Positions 47,776 through 57,394 of a stretch of DNA of 64,000 nt are shown here, one piece after another. The notes beneath the pieces were generated by a model that was given only the letters and a program-made list of their open reading frames with translations, had not been told where the DNA came from and did not search any database. This DNA is from Ruminococcus sp. (GTDB lineage: Bacteria; Bacillota; Clostridia; Oscillospirales; Ruminococcaceae), in the NCBI GenBank assembly GCA_015066845.1, contig SVNO01000002.1:18351-82350 (forward strand). The letters run 5' to 3'. Made by a program: the position numbers and the translations under genes. Position 1 is the stretch's first letter. Each line of letters begins with the position of its first letter.

Positions 47776-49248
47776 ATGAACCAGCAGCCCACACAGGGAA
47801 TTGATATAGAGCTTCCGCAGGATGCTCCGAGTCCGGCAGCCGCACCAAAAACCGTGCGCAGCCGTCCTTCCATGCGGCCAGAGCGTCGTTACTATGCTGT
47901 AAACGTCCTTGTGCTTTTCTTTATTTTTGCCGCAATTTCGCTCTTTTTAGTTTTTGGCAAGCGTCCGGAAAAATCCGCCGAGGAGAACCGCGACCTTGCA
48001 CCCTGTCCGCGTTTTTCTCTCTCGTCCTATTTTGATGGGAGCTTTACCACGGAGTTTTCCCAGTATTTCAATGATTCTGTGCCCATGCGCAGTTTTTTCA
48101 AGGGTGTCATTGCCGATTTCCGCGGCAATCTGGGCGTACCCTATGACGAGGAAATCATCCTCATTGGCAGCATTCCGGAGGTGGAGAAAATCACCGAGCC
48201 GAACGAAACCGAACCGCATACGCAGTTCGCGCCCATGCAGGCACAGCCGACCGTCCCCACGGAGTATGAACCTGCCACACGTCCGACGGAACCAGCCACC
48301 ACCGGTCAGGAAATCGCCGATCCGACAGAAGCAACAGAGCCGGAGAATGACTACGAGAATTTTGACGGTGAAATTGCCAATAATATTCTCATTGTCAAGG
48401 ACCGCGGACTGATGCTCTACAACGGCACACAGAAAAATGCCGAGTATTATGCAAAAACGCTCAATGCTTACAAGACCGCACTCGGCAGCGATGTGAATGT
48501 CTATTCCCTCGTTGCTCCCACTGCCGTGTCCTACTATCTCCCGTCCAAATTCGCCGACTGTACGGCAAGTGAAAAGGACAATATCAACCATCTCAACAGC
48601 TTATTTGAGGATGTTGTGCCGGTTGATGCCTACGGTGCTCTGGAGGCGCACAAATCGGAAGCCATCTATTCCCGTACCGACCACCACTGGCAGCCCCTCG
48701 GCGCATACTATGCGGCAGAGGAATTTGCAAAGACCGCCAGTGTGTCCTTTGCGCCCATGAGTGCCTATGAAACCGCAGCACTGGACAATTATGTCGGAAC
48801 GCTCTACGGCTACACGGGCAATGCGGTATTCAAGGACAATCCCGAACCGTTCGTTTACTATAAGCCCACCAATGCATTCACCACGACCTATTACAATACC
48901 GACATGACCAATGCCCGTGAGGGCAGCCTGCTCCTGCGCAATGTGGAGCAGCTTGACCCGTCAAGCTGGTATCTGGTGTTCATGGGCGGTGATGACCGCA
49001 TCACCCATATCACCACCGACTGCACCAACGACAGACGGCTGCTGATAATTAAGGACAGCTACGGCAATGCCCTCGTGCCCTGCCTGACGCGCTCGTTCTC
49101 GGAAATCTGGGTGATTGATATGCGCTATTTCGAGCCGAAAGTGGTGGATTTCGCCAAGGAACATGAAATTACCGATGTCCTCTTTGCGATGAACACATTC
49201 AGCGCGATGGGCGGCAATGCCAAAAATCTCGAAACAATTATGAAATAA
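47776..49248 (+). CDS. DHHW-family protein (AlgX/AlgJ/DltD-like SGNH-type acyl transfer partner), membrane-anchored and extracytoplasmic
   Basis: Single TM YYAVNVLVLFFIFAAISLFLVF, a Pro/Thr/Glu-rich linker, and the SRTDHHWQPLGAYY motif. Confidence 0.85.
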   Translation: MNQQPTQGIDIELPQDAPSPAAAPKTVRSRPSMRPERRYYAVNVLVLFFIFAAISLFLVFGKRPEKSAEENRDLAPCPRFSLSSYFDGSFTTEFSQYFNDSVPMRSFFKGVIADFRGNLGVPYDEEIILIGSIPEVEKITEPNETEPHTQFAPMQAQPTVPTEYEPATRPTEPATTGQEIADPTEATEPENDYENFDGEIANNILIVKDRGLMLYNGTQKNAEYYAKTLNAYKTALGSDVNVYSLVAPTAVSYYLPSKFADCTASEKDNINHLNSLFEDVVPVDAYGALEAHKSEAIYSRTDHHWQPLGAYYAAEEFAKTASVSFAPMSAYETAALDNYVGTLYGYTGNAVFKDNPEPFVYYKPTNAFTTTYYNTDMTNAREGSLLLRNVEQLDPSSWYLVFMGGDDRITHITTDCTNDRRLLIIKDSYGNALVPCLTRSFSEIWVIDMRYFEPKVVDFAKEHEITDVLFAMNTFSAMGGNAKNLETIMK

Positions 49249-49263
49249 TTTCAGGAGGAAACC

Positions 49264-51045
49264 ATGCTCCAAGAACTCTGCTATCCTTTCGATAGTGACG
49301 TTATTCTGCAAAAACGCCGCCGTTTTCTGCGCATTCTCAAGGAACAGGAAGCCAATGCAGTGCCGCTGCGCATTGCCGTGCTTGGTGGCTCGACCACAAG
49401 CGACATCCTCTCCACACTCGAATTATTCCTGCGCAACCGTGGCATTGCCCCGACGTTCTGGGAATCGGAATATGCCCAGTACTGGAACGATGCCATGTTC
49501 CCGAACACATCGCTTGAAGCCTTTCAGCCGGAACTGATTTTCATTCACACCAGCAGCCGGAATGTACAGAATTTTCCGAAAATCGGCGATTCTGCGGAGG
49601 ATGTTGAGCAGAAACTTGAACAGACCTATGCGCATTTTTCCCAGATGTGGGACAGACTCTCGCAGGTCTACCAGTGTCCCATCATCCAGAACAACATGGA
49701 AATGCCCCTGACAAGACTCATGGGCAACCGCGAGGTCGGCAGCATCCACGGGAGCATTGACTTCCTCACGCGCCTGAACTGCTGCTTCTATGACTATGCA
49801 AGAACACACCGGAATTTCTATCTCCATGACATCAACTACCTGTCCGCCTGTTACGGGCTGGACAAATGGGCAGAGCCATCCTACTGGCATCTCTACAAAT
49901 ACGCGCTCTGTGTGCCGGCAATTCCGGAATTTTCCTATAATCTGAGCAATATCATCTGTTCCCTGATGGGAAAAAACAAAAAAGTCCTTGCCCTCGACCT
50001 TGACAATACCCTCTGGGGCGGTGTCATTGGTGATGACGGACAGGCTGGCATTGAAATCGGGCAGGAAACCTCGGTCGGGCAGGCATATGCAGCACTGCAA
50101 ACCTATGTAAAAGCCCACAAGGAGCTGGGGGTTCTGCTGACCGTTTGCTCAAAAAATGACCATGAAAACGCAATTTCCGGTCTGGAGCATCCGGAGGGCA
50201 TTCTCAAGCCCGATGATTTTGTCTGCATCAAGGCGAACTGGGAGATGAAATCGCAGAATATTGCCGATATGGCGCAGGAATTGAGTCTGCTGCCGGAGAG
50301 CTTTGTCTTTGTGGACGATAATCCTGCGGAACGTGCCATTGTGCAGGCGCAGCTGCCGGATACTGCCGTGATTCCGTTTGATTCCGTGGAGGACTGCATT
50401 TTGCGTCTGGACAGGGCAGGGTATTTTGAAGTGACAAATCTTTCCGCGGACGATGCCAAACGCAATGCCATGTACATGGAAAATGCAAAACGGCAGGCGG
50501 CACAGGCGAAATTCACCGATTACAAGGATTTCCTGAAAAGCCTTTCCATGCAGGCAGAGATCCGCGATTTTGACGCGGTATCCCTCCCCAGAATCACACA
50601 GCTGACCAATAAGAGCAACCAGTTCAACCTGACCACAAAACGCTATACACAGGCAGAAATGGAAGTCGTTGCTGCAAGTCCGGCGCATATCCGGCTGTAT
50701 GGACGACTGGAGGATACCTTCGGGGACAACGGTATTGTGTCGGTTGTCATCGGCAGAAAAGATGGGAGTGCTCTGCATGTGGAGCTGTGGCTGATGAGCT
50801 GCCGCGTTCTCAAGCGCGATATGGAGTATGCCATGCTTGACGCGCTTGTGGAAGAATGCCGGAAACAGGGGATTTCCGAGATTATTGGGTACTATTATCC
50901 CACGAAGAAGAACGCCATGGTTGCGCAATTGTACGCAGCATTCGGCTTTACTAAAACAGCGGAGGACGGAGAGGGGAATACTGTCTGGAATCTGCAAATT
51001 CACGACTATACAAACCGTAATTCCGTAATCAATGTCACCCACTAA
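49264..51045 (+). CDS. FkbH-like HAD-IIIC phosphatase/acyl-loading enzyme
   Basis: HAD motifs LALDLDNTLWGG, CSKND and FVDDNPAER. C-terminal acyltransferase-like half with WLMSCRVLKRDME (a conserved Cys, as in FkbH/OzmB). Confidence 0.85.
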   Translation: MLQELCYPFDSDVILQKRRRFLRILKEQEANAVPLRIAVLGGSTTSDILSTLELFLRNRGIAPTFWESEYAQYWNDAMFPNTSLEAFQPELIFIHTSSRNVQNFPKIGDSAEDVEQKLEQTYAHFSQMWDRLSQVYQCPIIQNNMEMPLTRLMGNREVGSIHGSIDFLTRLNCCFYDYARTHRNFYLHDINYLSACYGLDKWAEPSYWHLYKYALCVPAIPEFSYNLSNIICSLMGKNKKVLALDLDNTLWGGVIGDDGQAGIEIGQETSVGQAYAALQTYVKAHKELGVLLTVCSKNDHENAISGLEHPEGILKPDDFVCIKANWEMKSQNIADMAQELSLLPESFVFVDDNPAERAIVQAQLPDTAVIPFDSVEDCILRLDRAGYFEVTNLSADDAKRNAMYMENAKRQAAQAKFTDYKDFLKSLSMQAEIRDFDAVSLPRITQLTNKSNQFNLTTKRYTQAEMEVVAASPAHIRLYGRLEDTFGDNGIVSVVIGRKDGSALHVELWLMSCRVLKRDMEYAMLDALVEECRKQGISEIIGYYYPTKKNAMVAQLYAAFGFTKTAEDGEGNTVWNLQIHDYTNRNSVINVTH

Positions 51046-51057
51046 AGGAGGAAGAAC

Positions 51058-51300
51058 ATGAACAGAGAGCAGAAAATGGCAAAGCTCACAGAAATTTTTC
51101 AGGACGTATTCGATGACGACACCATCACCCTGACGGACGCAACCTGTGCGCAGGACATTGAGGACTGGGACAGTCTGGAGCATATCAATCTGATCGGTGC
51201 AGTGGAACGTGCATTCAAGATGCGTTTTACCGTCCGTGAAGTCAGCGGTATGAAGAATGTCGGCGAGATGCTGGATATTCTGGAGGAGAGGGCGAAGTAA
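51058..51300 (+). CDS. Acyl/peptidyl carrier protein (DltC-like size)
   Basis: 80 aa; DWDSLEHINLI phosphopantetheine attachment serine. Confidence 0.85.
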   Translation: MNREQKMAKLTEIFQDVFDDDTITLTDATCAQDIEDWDSLEHINLIGAVERAFKMRFTVREVSGMKNVGEMLDILEERAK

Positions 51301-51336
51301 AAACATTGGCGACAAGTGCAGAAAGGAATAATCAAT

Positions 51337-51777
51337 ATGTCGAAAACGAATCAGACATGCAGTCTCCCCGAAATTATCAGCTTTCTGGAAAACAGAAATT
51401 TTGACAAATTCCGTTTTGCGGATGATTATGCCTATATTTACAATTCAGATGGTATTGAAATCGTGATGGAAGCGGTTGATGAAAAAATAACCGATGAAGT
51501 TGCAGATCTGGCTGTCAATGCTCTGAATCATCTTGATCACTGTATGGAAACTGCACAAGGCATGTTAAAACGCATGAAAGGTGAATGCATCGGTGAGCGG
51601 ATGATCTATGGTATCTGTTTTGAACATTTCGGCTACGGATATGAAACCAGAACGTCATATGAACTGGGGTTCACCATCTCCTTTCACTATGAATACGACA
51701 ATCGGATTCATACGGTGAAATTCAATGCCCGTACTTTTATGCATGGGGCATTTGCAATTGAAGAATGGATTCAGTGA
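51337..51777 (+). CDS. Hypothetical protein (AT-rich, atypical codon usage)
   Basis: 146-aa ORF 36 nt after the carrier protein gene and upstream of the operon terminator. I recognise no motif. The ATG at 51337 follows AAAGGA. Confidence 0.55.
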   Translation: MSKTNQTCSLPEIISFLENRNFDKFRFADDYAYIYNSDGIEIVMEAVDEKITDEVADLAVNALNHLDHCMETAQGMLKRMKGECIGERMIYGICFEHFGYGYETRTSYELGFTISFHYEYDNRIHTVKFNARTFMHGAFAIEEWIQ

Positions 51778-51823
51778 AAAAACAAACACCTGAAAAGACC
51801 AGAAATCTTTTCAGGTGTTTTTC
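51777..51823. terminator. Bidirectional terminator between the MBOAT operon and xth
   Basis: 13-bp stem AACACCTGAAAAG/CTTTTCAGGTGTT flanked by A- and T-runs. Confidence 0.8.
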
Positions 51824-51825
51824 AT

Positions 51826-52578
51826 TTAATCAAGCTCAATCTCCAGCCCCACCGGACAATGGTCGCTGCCCATCACATCCGGATAGATCTTCGCATCCAC
51901 GATTTTATCCGCAATACGGTTTGATACCAGAAAATAGTCAATTCTCCATCCCGTGTTGCGTTCTCTTGCCTTGAACATATACGACCACCATGTATATGCA
52001 CCCTCCTTGTCAGGGTACAGAAAACGGAACGTGTCCGTAAATCCGGCATTCAGAAGTTCTCCGAATTTTCCGCGTTCTTCATCCGAAAAGCCCGCATTGC
52101 CGACATTCGTTTTGGGATTCTTCAGGTCGATTTCCTTGTGCGCTACATTCAGGTCACCGCACAGGATAATCGGCTTTTTCTTGTCCAGTTCCACCAGAAA
52201 TGCGCGCAGGTCATCCTCCCACTGCATCCGGTAGTCGATTCGTGCAAGCTCACGCTGCGCATTCGGCACATAGAGATTCACCAGATAGAATTTCTCGTAC
52301 TCGCAGATAATCGCACGTCCCTCGTCCGTGTGTCCGTCAATGTTGAATACCACGGAAAGCGGCTCTTTTTTTGTAAATACCGCCGTACCCGAATAGCCCT
52401 TTTTGACCGCACTGTTGAAATACTGTGTGTAGCCTTCAAAAGAGGTCGTGACCTGTTCGGGCTGCATTTTTGTTTCCTGAATGCAGAAAACATCCGCATC
52501 CAGTGCCTTGAAATGCTCCTCAAAGCCCTTTGTCAGACAGGCACGGAAGCCGTTGACATTCCATGAAATCAGTTTCAT
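51826..52578 (-). CDS. xth: Exodeoxyribonuclease III
   Basis: MKLISWNVNGFRA...FCIQETK...GDLNVAH...SDHCPV. Confidence 0.95.
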   Translation of the reverse strand: MKLISWNVNGFRACLTKGFEEHFKALDADVFCIQETKMQPEQVTTSFEGYTQYFNSAVKKGYSGTAVFTKKEPLSVVFNIDGHTDEGRAIICEYEKFYLVNLYVPNAQRELARIDYRMQWEDDLRAFLVELDKKKPIILCGDLNVAHKEIDLKNPKTNVGNAGFSDEERGKFGELLNAGFTDTFRFLYPDKEGAYTWWSYMFKARERNTGWRIDYFLVSNRIADKIVDAKIYPDVMGSDHCPVGLEIELD

Positions 52579-52589
52579 ACTTCCTCCCA

Positions 52590-52790
52590 TCAGGCAAGCC
52601 TGTCCATCTTCTTTGCGATCTCCCCAAGATGCTGCTCCGTTCCCTGGCTGCAAATTGCTGCTGTCAGAATGATGTCCTTGGCATCTGAAAACGGGATCTC
52701 GTGGTCCTGCGCAAAATTTTTAATCATCCAGTAAAGATCCTCCGCGTTGCCAAGGAGGATCTTAGTATCGAACCGTTCTAAATATCTCAT
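52590..52790 (-). CDS. Small hypothetical protein (66 aa)
   Basis: The ORF sits between the aminopeptidase gene and xth on the same strand, with gaps of 3 nt and 11 nt. No recognisable motif. Confidence 0.4.
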   Translation of the reverse strand: MRYLERFDTKILLGNAEDLYWMIKNFAQDHEIPFSDAKDIILTAAICSQGTEQHLGEIAKKMDRLA

Positions 52791-52793
52791 AAC

Positions 52794-54200
52794 TCAGCTC
52801 TCAAGAAATGCCGCAAATGCGCGGTATGCTGCATAAACGTCCGTCTTTGCCACCATCTCATAGGGAGCGTGCATGGAGAGCACCGGAACACCCACGTCAA
52901 TCGTGTCAATGTTCAGATTTGCCACATACATGGCAACTGTGCCGCCGCCGCCCATGTCTACCTTGCCAAGCTCACCGGTCTGCCAGATGACATTGTTGTC
53001 GTCAAGCAGTCTGCGGATTTTGCCTACAAATTCTGCGGAAGCATCCGATGTGCCGGACTTGCCGCGCGCACCTGTGAACTTTGTCACGCACACACCGCGG
53101 TTGCAGTATGCGCAGTTGTTGCGTTCGAGAACATCCCCGAAAGTCGGGTCATATGCTGCATTTACATCCGCAGACAGGCACTCAGACGCGGACATTACCG
53201 TCCTGCCGTTTGCGCCGAAGCATTCTGCAAGGTCGCAGAGGAAGTATTGCAGATAGGAGGAACAAAGACCGGTATTGCCATCGCTGCCGGTTTCTTCCTT
53301 GTCCGTCAGAATGGTCACGCCCGTGTGCACCGGCGTTTTGCTCTCCAGTGCTGCCATGAATGCTGTGTAGGCACATACTCTGTCGTCATGCCCATACGCA
53401 CCAATCAGGCTGCGGTCAAAGCCCACATCCTTTGCCTTGAATGCCGGAACTGCCTCAAGCTCCGCAGAGATAAAATCATCCTCGATGATGCCGTATTTTT
53501 CATTGAGAATATCCATGATCGCAAGCTTCACAAGATTGCTCTCGCTATCATCCTTGAACGGACGCGAACCAACCACAATGTTCAGTTCCTCACCCTTGAT
53601 GCCCTCGGACAATGTGCGCTTCATCTGGTTTGCAGCCAGATGGGGGAGCAGGTCTGTGATGCAGAATACGGGGTCATTTTCGTCCTCGCCGATGCATACT
53701 TCCACGCTTGTACCGTCCTTGCGGATGACAACACCATGCAGGGACAGGGGCATTGCCGTCCACTGGTATTTCTTGATGCCGCCGTAGTAATGCGTCTTGA
53801 AGAATGCCATCTCGGTATCCTCATACAGCGGATGCTGCTTCATATCCAGACGGGGAGAATCAATATGCGCCGCATTCAGCCGTACGCCCTCCGTGATGGG
53901 GGCAGTGCCGATGGTTGCCATAATGATTGCCTTGCCGCGGTTGTTCACATATACTCTGTCACCTGCCTGTAAATTCATGCCGGGGGTGAATTTCTGGTAG
54001 CCTGCAGCAAGCAGTGCAGCCTCAGCAAATGTCACAGCCTCGCGCTCGGTCTTTGCCTTGTCGAGGAATGTCTTGTAGCCCTCGCAGAATGCGTCACATG
54101 CTGCAAGCTCCTCCTCGCTCATGCGCTGTACTGCGTGTTTCGGATTGGAAAGCAGTGCTTCCTTTTTCTGTTTTGCCAGTGATGTTTCGTGTTCCATCAT
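52794..54200 (-). CDS. M18-family aminopeptidase
   Basis: AAHIDSPRLD, YGHDDRVC, DKEETGSDG and HAPYE metal and active-site motifs. Confidence 0.85.
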   Translation of the reverse strand: MMEHETSLAKQKKEALLSNPKHAVQRMSEEELAACDAFCEGYKTFLDKAKTEREAVTFAEAALLAAGYQKFTPGMNLQAGDRVYVNNRGKAIIMATIGTAPITEGVRLNAAHIDSPRLDMKQHPLYEDTEMAFFKTHYYGGIKKYQWTAMPLSLHGVVIRKDGTSVEVCIGEDENDPVFCITDLLPHLAANQMKRTLSEGIKGEELNIVVGSRPFKDDSESNLVKLAIMDILNEKYGIIEDDFISAELEAVPAFKAKDVGFDRSLIGAYGHDDRVCAYTAFMAALESKTPVHTGVTILTDKEETGSDGNTGLCSSYLQYFLCDLAECFGANGRTVMSASECLSADVNAAYDPTFGDVLERNNCAYCNRGVCVTKFTGARGKSGTSDASAEFVGKIRRLLDDNNVIWQTGELGKVDMGGGGTVAMYVANLNIDTIDVGVPVLSMHAPYEMVAKTDVYAAYRAFAAFLES

Positions 54201-54220
54201 TCTTCCACCTTTCAAAAGAA

Positions 54221-54853
54221 TTATCCCTCTATAGTATGATAGTAAACCTTGATTTTATCCGCAACTTCCTCAGCCAATGCGTACAACTGCTCGCAGTCCT
54301 CATTATTGCGGATGACATAATCCGAATGCCCGATGAAAAATTCCTCGCTCAGCTGTGCATCCATGCGGTTGCGCGCTTCGGTTTCTGTCAGATTGTCGCG
54401 CTTCATAATGCGTGAACAGCGCAGGTCGGGACGTGCCACCACGGAGATGATCAGGTCGCAGAAATCCGATGCCTGACTCTCGAACAATGTCGGCGCATCC
54501 AGAAGAATCAGGCTGTGCCCCTCAGCGATAAAATGGCTGATTCTCGCCAGAATTTCCTCTGTAATGAACGGATGGCAAATGCTGTTGAGGCTCTCAAGCT
54601 TGCGCTGGTCGGTAAAGACAAGCTCCGCAAGTGCCTTGCGGTTGAGTGTATTGTCGGGATTTCGGATGGCAGAACCAAAAAAATCAAACAGTTCCTCCAG
54701 ACAAGGCATTCCCGGTAATACAATTTCGCGCGATATACGGTCCGCATCAATCAGCGAAAAGCCGTTTTTCACAAAAATACTGGAAACTGTACTCTTTCCG
54801 GCACCGGTCTGACCGGTCAGCCCTATAATAATTGAGTGCTTTTCGTTGCTCAT
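54221..54853 (-). CDS. coaE: Dephospho-CoA kinase
   Basis: IIGLTGQTGAGKSTVS P-loop; length and layout typical of CoaE. Confidence 0.9.
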   Translation of the reverse strand: MSNEKHSIIIGLTGQTGAGKSTVSSIFVKNGFSLIDADRISREIVLPGMPCLEELFDFFGSAIRNPDNTLNRKALAELVFTDQRKLESLNSICHPFITEEILARISHFIAEGHSLILLDAPTLFESQASDFCDLIISVVARPDLRCSRIMKRDNLTETEARNRMDAQLSEEFFIGHSDYVIRNNEDCEQLYALAEEVADKIKVYYHTIEG

Positions 54854-55869
54854 AGCGTAATCACCTCAAATCCTGCCGCGCGCATCAGGCGGTTGTAAAC
54901 GGACAGTGCCGTTCCATTTTTATCCGGAATCCGGACATAAACCGTTCCAGCGTGAACCTCATCCAGTTCACGGAAACGCAGAAACAGATAATGTGCCTGC
55001 TCCCTGCCGTTGTCGCCGTAGCGCATACAGGGGATACCTGCGATTTCCGGATCGGAATCAAACAGCAGGCAATAGGTATCGTCCGTTTTCTGTGCATTGA
55101 CAAATGCCGCAAATGCGGCGAAATCCGGTGCATCCACCGGAATGATTTTTGCGTGGGGTGCATAATGACGGTACTTCATGCCGGGGGATGCTACCTTTGC
55201 ATCCGCGGCAATCTGCTGGTACACCGCTTCATCCACATAGACATGCGCAGCAAACGGCTCTAAATCCTCTGCGGAAATCAGCCCCGGACGCAGGATGTGA
55301 ATTGTTTCGTCATCATCAAAGCAAATGACCGTGGATTCGACACCGACATCACACTGACCGCCATCAATCACTGCGGCAATTCTCCCGTCCATATCGTCAA
55401 GCACATGCTTTGCCGTGGTCGGGCTTGGTGAGCCGGAACGATTGGCAGAGGGGGCAGCGATCGGGCATCCGGACATGCGGATGAGGGCGAGTGCCGCCGG
55501 ATGGGAGGGCATACGAACCCCCACCGTGTCAAGCCCGCCGGAAGTGACAGCCGGAATACTTTCTGCCTTGGGCAGTACCATTGTCAGCGGCCCCGGCCAG
55601 AATGCGTCAGCAAGTTTCCGCGCAATTTCGGGAATATATGTGACAATTCCCTGTAACATGTCCATGTCCGCAATATGCACGATCAGCGGATTGTCCGCCG
55701 GTCTGCCCTTTGCGGAAAAAATGCTGCGCACAGATTCTTCGCGCCGTGCATCCGCACCAAGTCCGTAAACTGTTTCGGTCGGGAATGCAACAAGTGCACC
55801 GCTGCGCAGAAGTGCCGCAGCAGTTTCCATATCTTCTGTTGTGTATTGTAAGCGTTTAGTTTCCATCAT
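54850..55869 (-). CDS. tsaC: L-threonylcarbamoyladenylate synthase (YrdC plus Sua5 domains)
   Basis: [15 protein letters not shown]...[12 protein letters not shown]...[11 protein letters not shown] plus a C-terminal Sua5 domain. The start overlaps the prfA stop by about 14 nt. Confidence 0.9.
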   Translation of the reverse strand: MMETKRLQYTTEDMETAAALLRSGALVAFPTETVYGLGADARREESVRSIFSAKGRPADNPLIVHIADMDMLQGIVTYIPEIARKLADAFWPGPLTMVLPKAESIPAVTSGGLDTVGVRMPSHPAALALIRMSGCPIAAPSANRSGSPSPTTAKHVLDDMDGRIAAVIDGGQCDVGVESTVICFDDDETIHILRPGLISAEDLEPFAAHVYVDEAVYQQIAADAKVASPGMKYRHYAPHAKIIPVDAPDFAAFAAFVNAQKTDDTYCLLFDSDPEIAGIPCMRYGDNGREQAHYLFLRFRELDEVHAGTVYVRIPDKNGTALSVYNRLMRAAGFEVITL

Positions 55870-56935
55870 TCTGCCCTGCCAGTTTTGCTGCCTGGTCTGC
55901 GGTAGCCAGCGCGTCAAAAATTTCATCCAGATCGCCGTTGAGAATGGATTCCAGACGGTACAGCGTCAATCCGATACGGTGGTCCGTCATACGTCCCTGC
56001 GGATAATTGTAGGTGCGGATGCGCTCGGAACGGTCACCCGTACCAACCTGCATTTTGCGTTCTGACGCGATTTTATCATTCTGCTCCTGCTGCTTTGCCT
56101 CGAACAGACGCGCGCGCAGCACCTTCATTGCCTTGTCCTTATTCTTATGCTGGCTGCGCTCGTCCTGACATTCCACCACAACACCCGTGGGAATGTGGAG
56201 AATGCGCACAGCCGATTCTGTTTTATTGATATGCTGACCGCCTGCACCGCTGGAACGGAACACGTCAATTTTCAGGTCAGTCGGATTGATTTCCAGTTCC
56301 ACTTCATCCGCCTCCGGCAGTACGGCAACCGTTACCGTGGAAGTGTGAATGCGTCCCTGTGATTCCGTTTCCGGCACACGCTGTACGCGGTGAACGCCGC
56401 TTTCATATTTCAGGCGGGAATACGCGCCCTCTCCCTCGATGGAGAAGCTGATTTCCTTGTAGCCGCCAAGCTCCGTGGGATTGGCATTGAGCACTTCCTG
56501 CTTCCAGCGATGCGCCTCGGCATACATGCTGTACATGCGGTAGAGGGAATTGGCAAAGAGAGAAGCCTCCTCGCCGCCTGCACCGCCGCGGATTTCCACG
56601 ATAACATTCTTGTCATCGTTCGGGTCTTTCGGCAGAAGCAGGATTTTCAACTGCTGATTCTGCTCCTCCAGAAGCTCCTTTGCCTCCTCGTATTGCAGCT
56701 GCGCCATTTCTTTCAGTTCTGCGTCCAGACCGCCGTCCGCAAGCAGTTCCTTTGCCTCGTCAAATTCTGCCTGTGTTGCCTTGAATGCGCGGAAAGCCTC
56801 GATAATGGGCGTAAGATTCTTGTATTCTTTCATGTAGGCAGCATATTTTTCACGGTCACCGATCACCTCCGGGTCGGAGAGCTGCTCGTTGATCATGTCA
56901 TATTTTTGTTCCATCTGCAAAAGCTTTTCAAACAT
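55856..56935 (-). CDS. prfA: Peptide chain release factor 1
   Basis: [17 protein letters not shown] (GGQ) and a PxT-type decoding region. Confidence 0.97.
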   Translation of the reverse strand: MFEKLLQMEQKYDMINEQLSDPEVIGDREKYAAYMKEYKNLTPIIEAFRAFKATQAEFDEAKELLADGGLDAELKEMAQLQYEEAKELLEEQNQQLKILLLPKDPNDDKNVIVEIRGGAGGEEASLFANSLYRMYSMYAEAHRWKQEVLNANPTELGGYKEISFSIEGEGAYSRLKYESGVHRVQRVPETESQGRIHTSTVTVAVLPEADEVELEINPTDLKIDVFRSSGAGGQHINKTESAVRILHIPTGVVVECQDERSQHKNKDKAMKVLRARLFEAKQQEQNDKIASERKMQVGTGDRSERIRTYNYPQGRMTDHRIGLTLYRLESILNGDLDEIFDALATADQAAKLAGQNDGN

Positions 56936-56956
56936 GGGGGATTCACCTTTCTCTTA

Positions 56957-57166
56957 TCATTCGGTATCGGGCTTCGTCTGTGCATTCTCCGCGTGCGTCA
57001 CCTGTTTGATATGCTTTTCAATCTTGTGACGCGGCACCATAAATTCTCTGCCGCAGCCGGTACAGCGAAGGCGAAAGTCCATCCCTGTGCGAAGCACCTG
57101 CATTTCACGGGAACCGCAGGGATGCGTTTTTTTCATCAGCAATCGGTCATTGAGCCGGATATCCAT
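56957..57166 (-). CDS. DUF951-family small zinc-ribbon-like protein
   Basis: MKKTHPCGSREMQVLRTGMDFRLRCTGCGREFMVPRHKIEKHIKQV. Confidence 0.8.
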   Translation of the reverse strand: MDIRLNDRLLMKKTHPCGSREMQVLRTGMDFRLRCTGCGREFMVPRHKIEKHIKQVTHAENAQTKPDTE

Positions 57167-57394
57167 CTGCAAGTTCCACCTTTCCGATAATTTGTAGCAG
57201 CACTGCCCTGATTCTGTAAACGTTCCGTCAGTGCCGCATAGTCACCTTATATTATACCGCATTTTCAGGGAAAAGGCAATATTTAGTTTTCATATTTTTT
57301 GGATTTTGTTCAATAATGATAAAAAAGACGCTCCCATCCTATGCAGGGTGATGAAAATGTATGTTCACAAGCAATTGAAAGTGAGGAAAATGAG

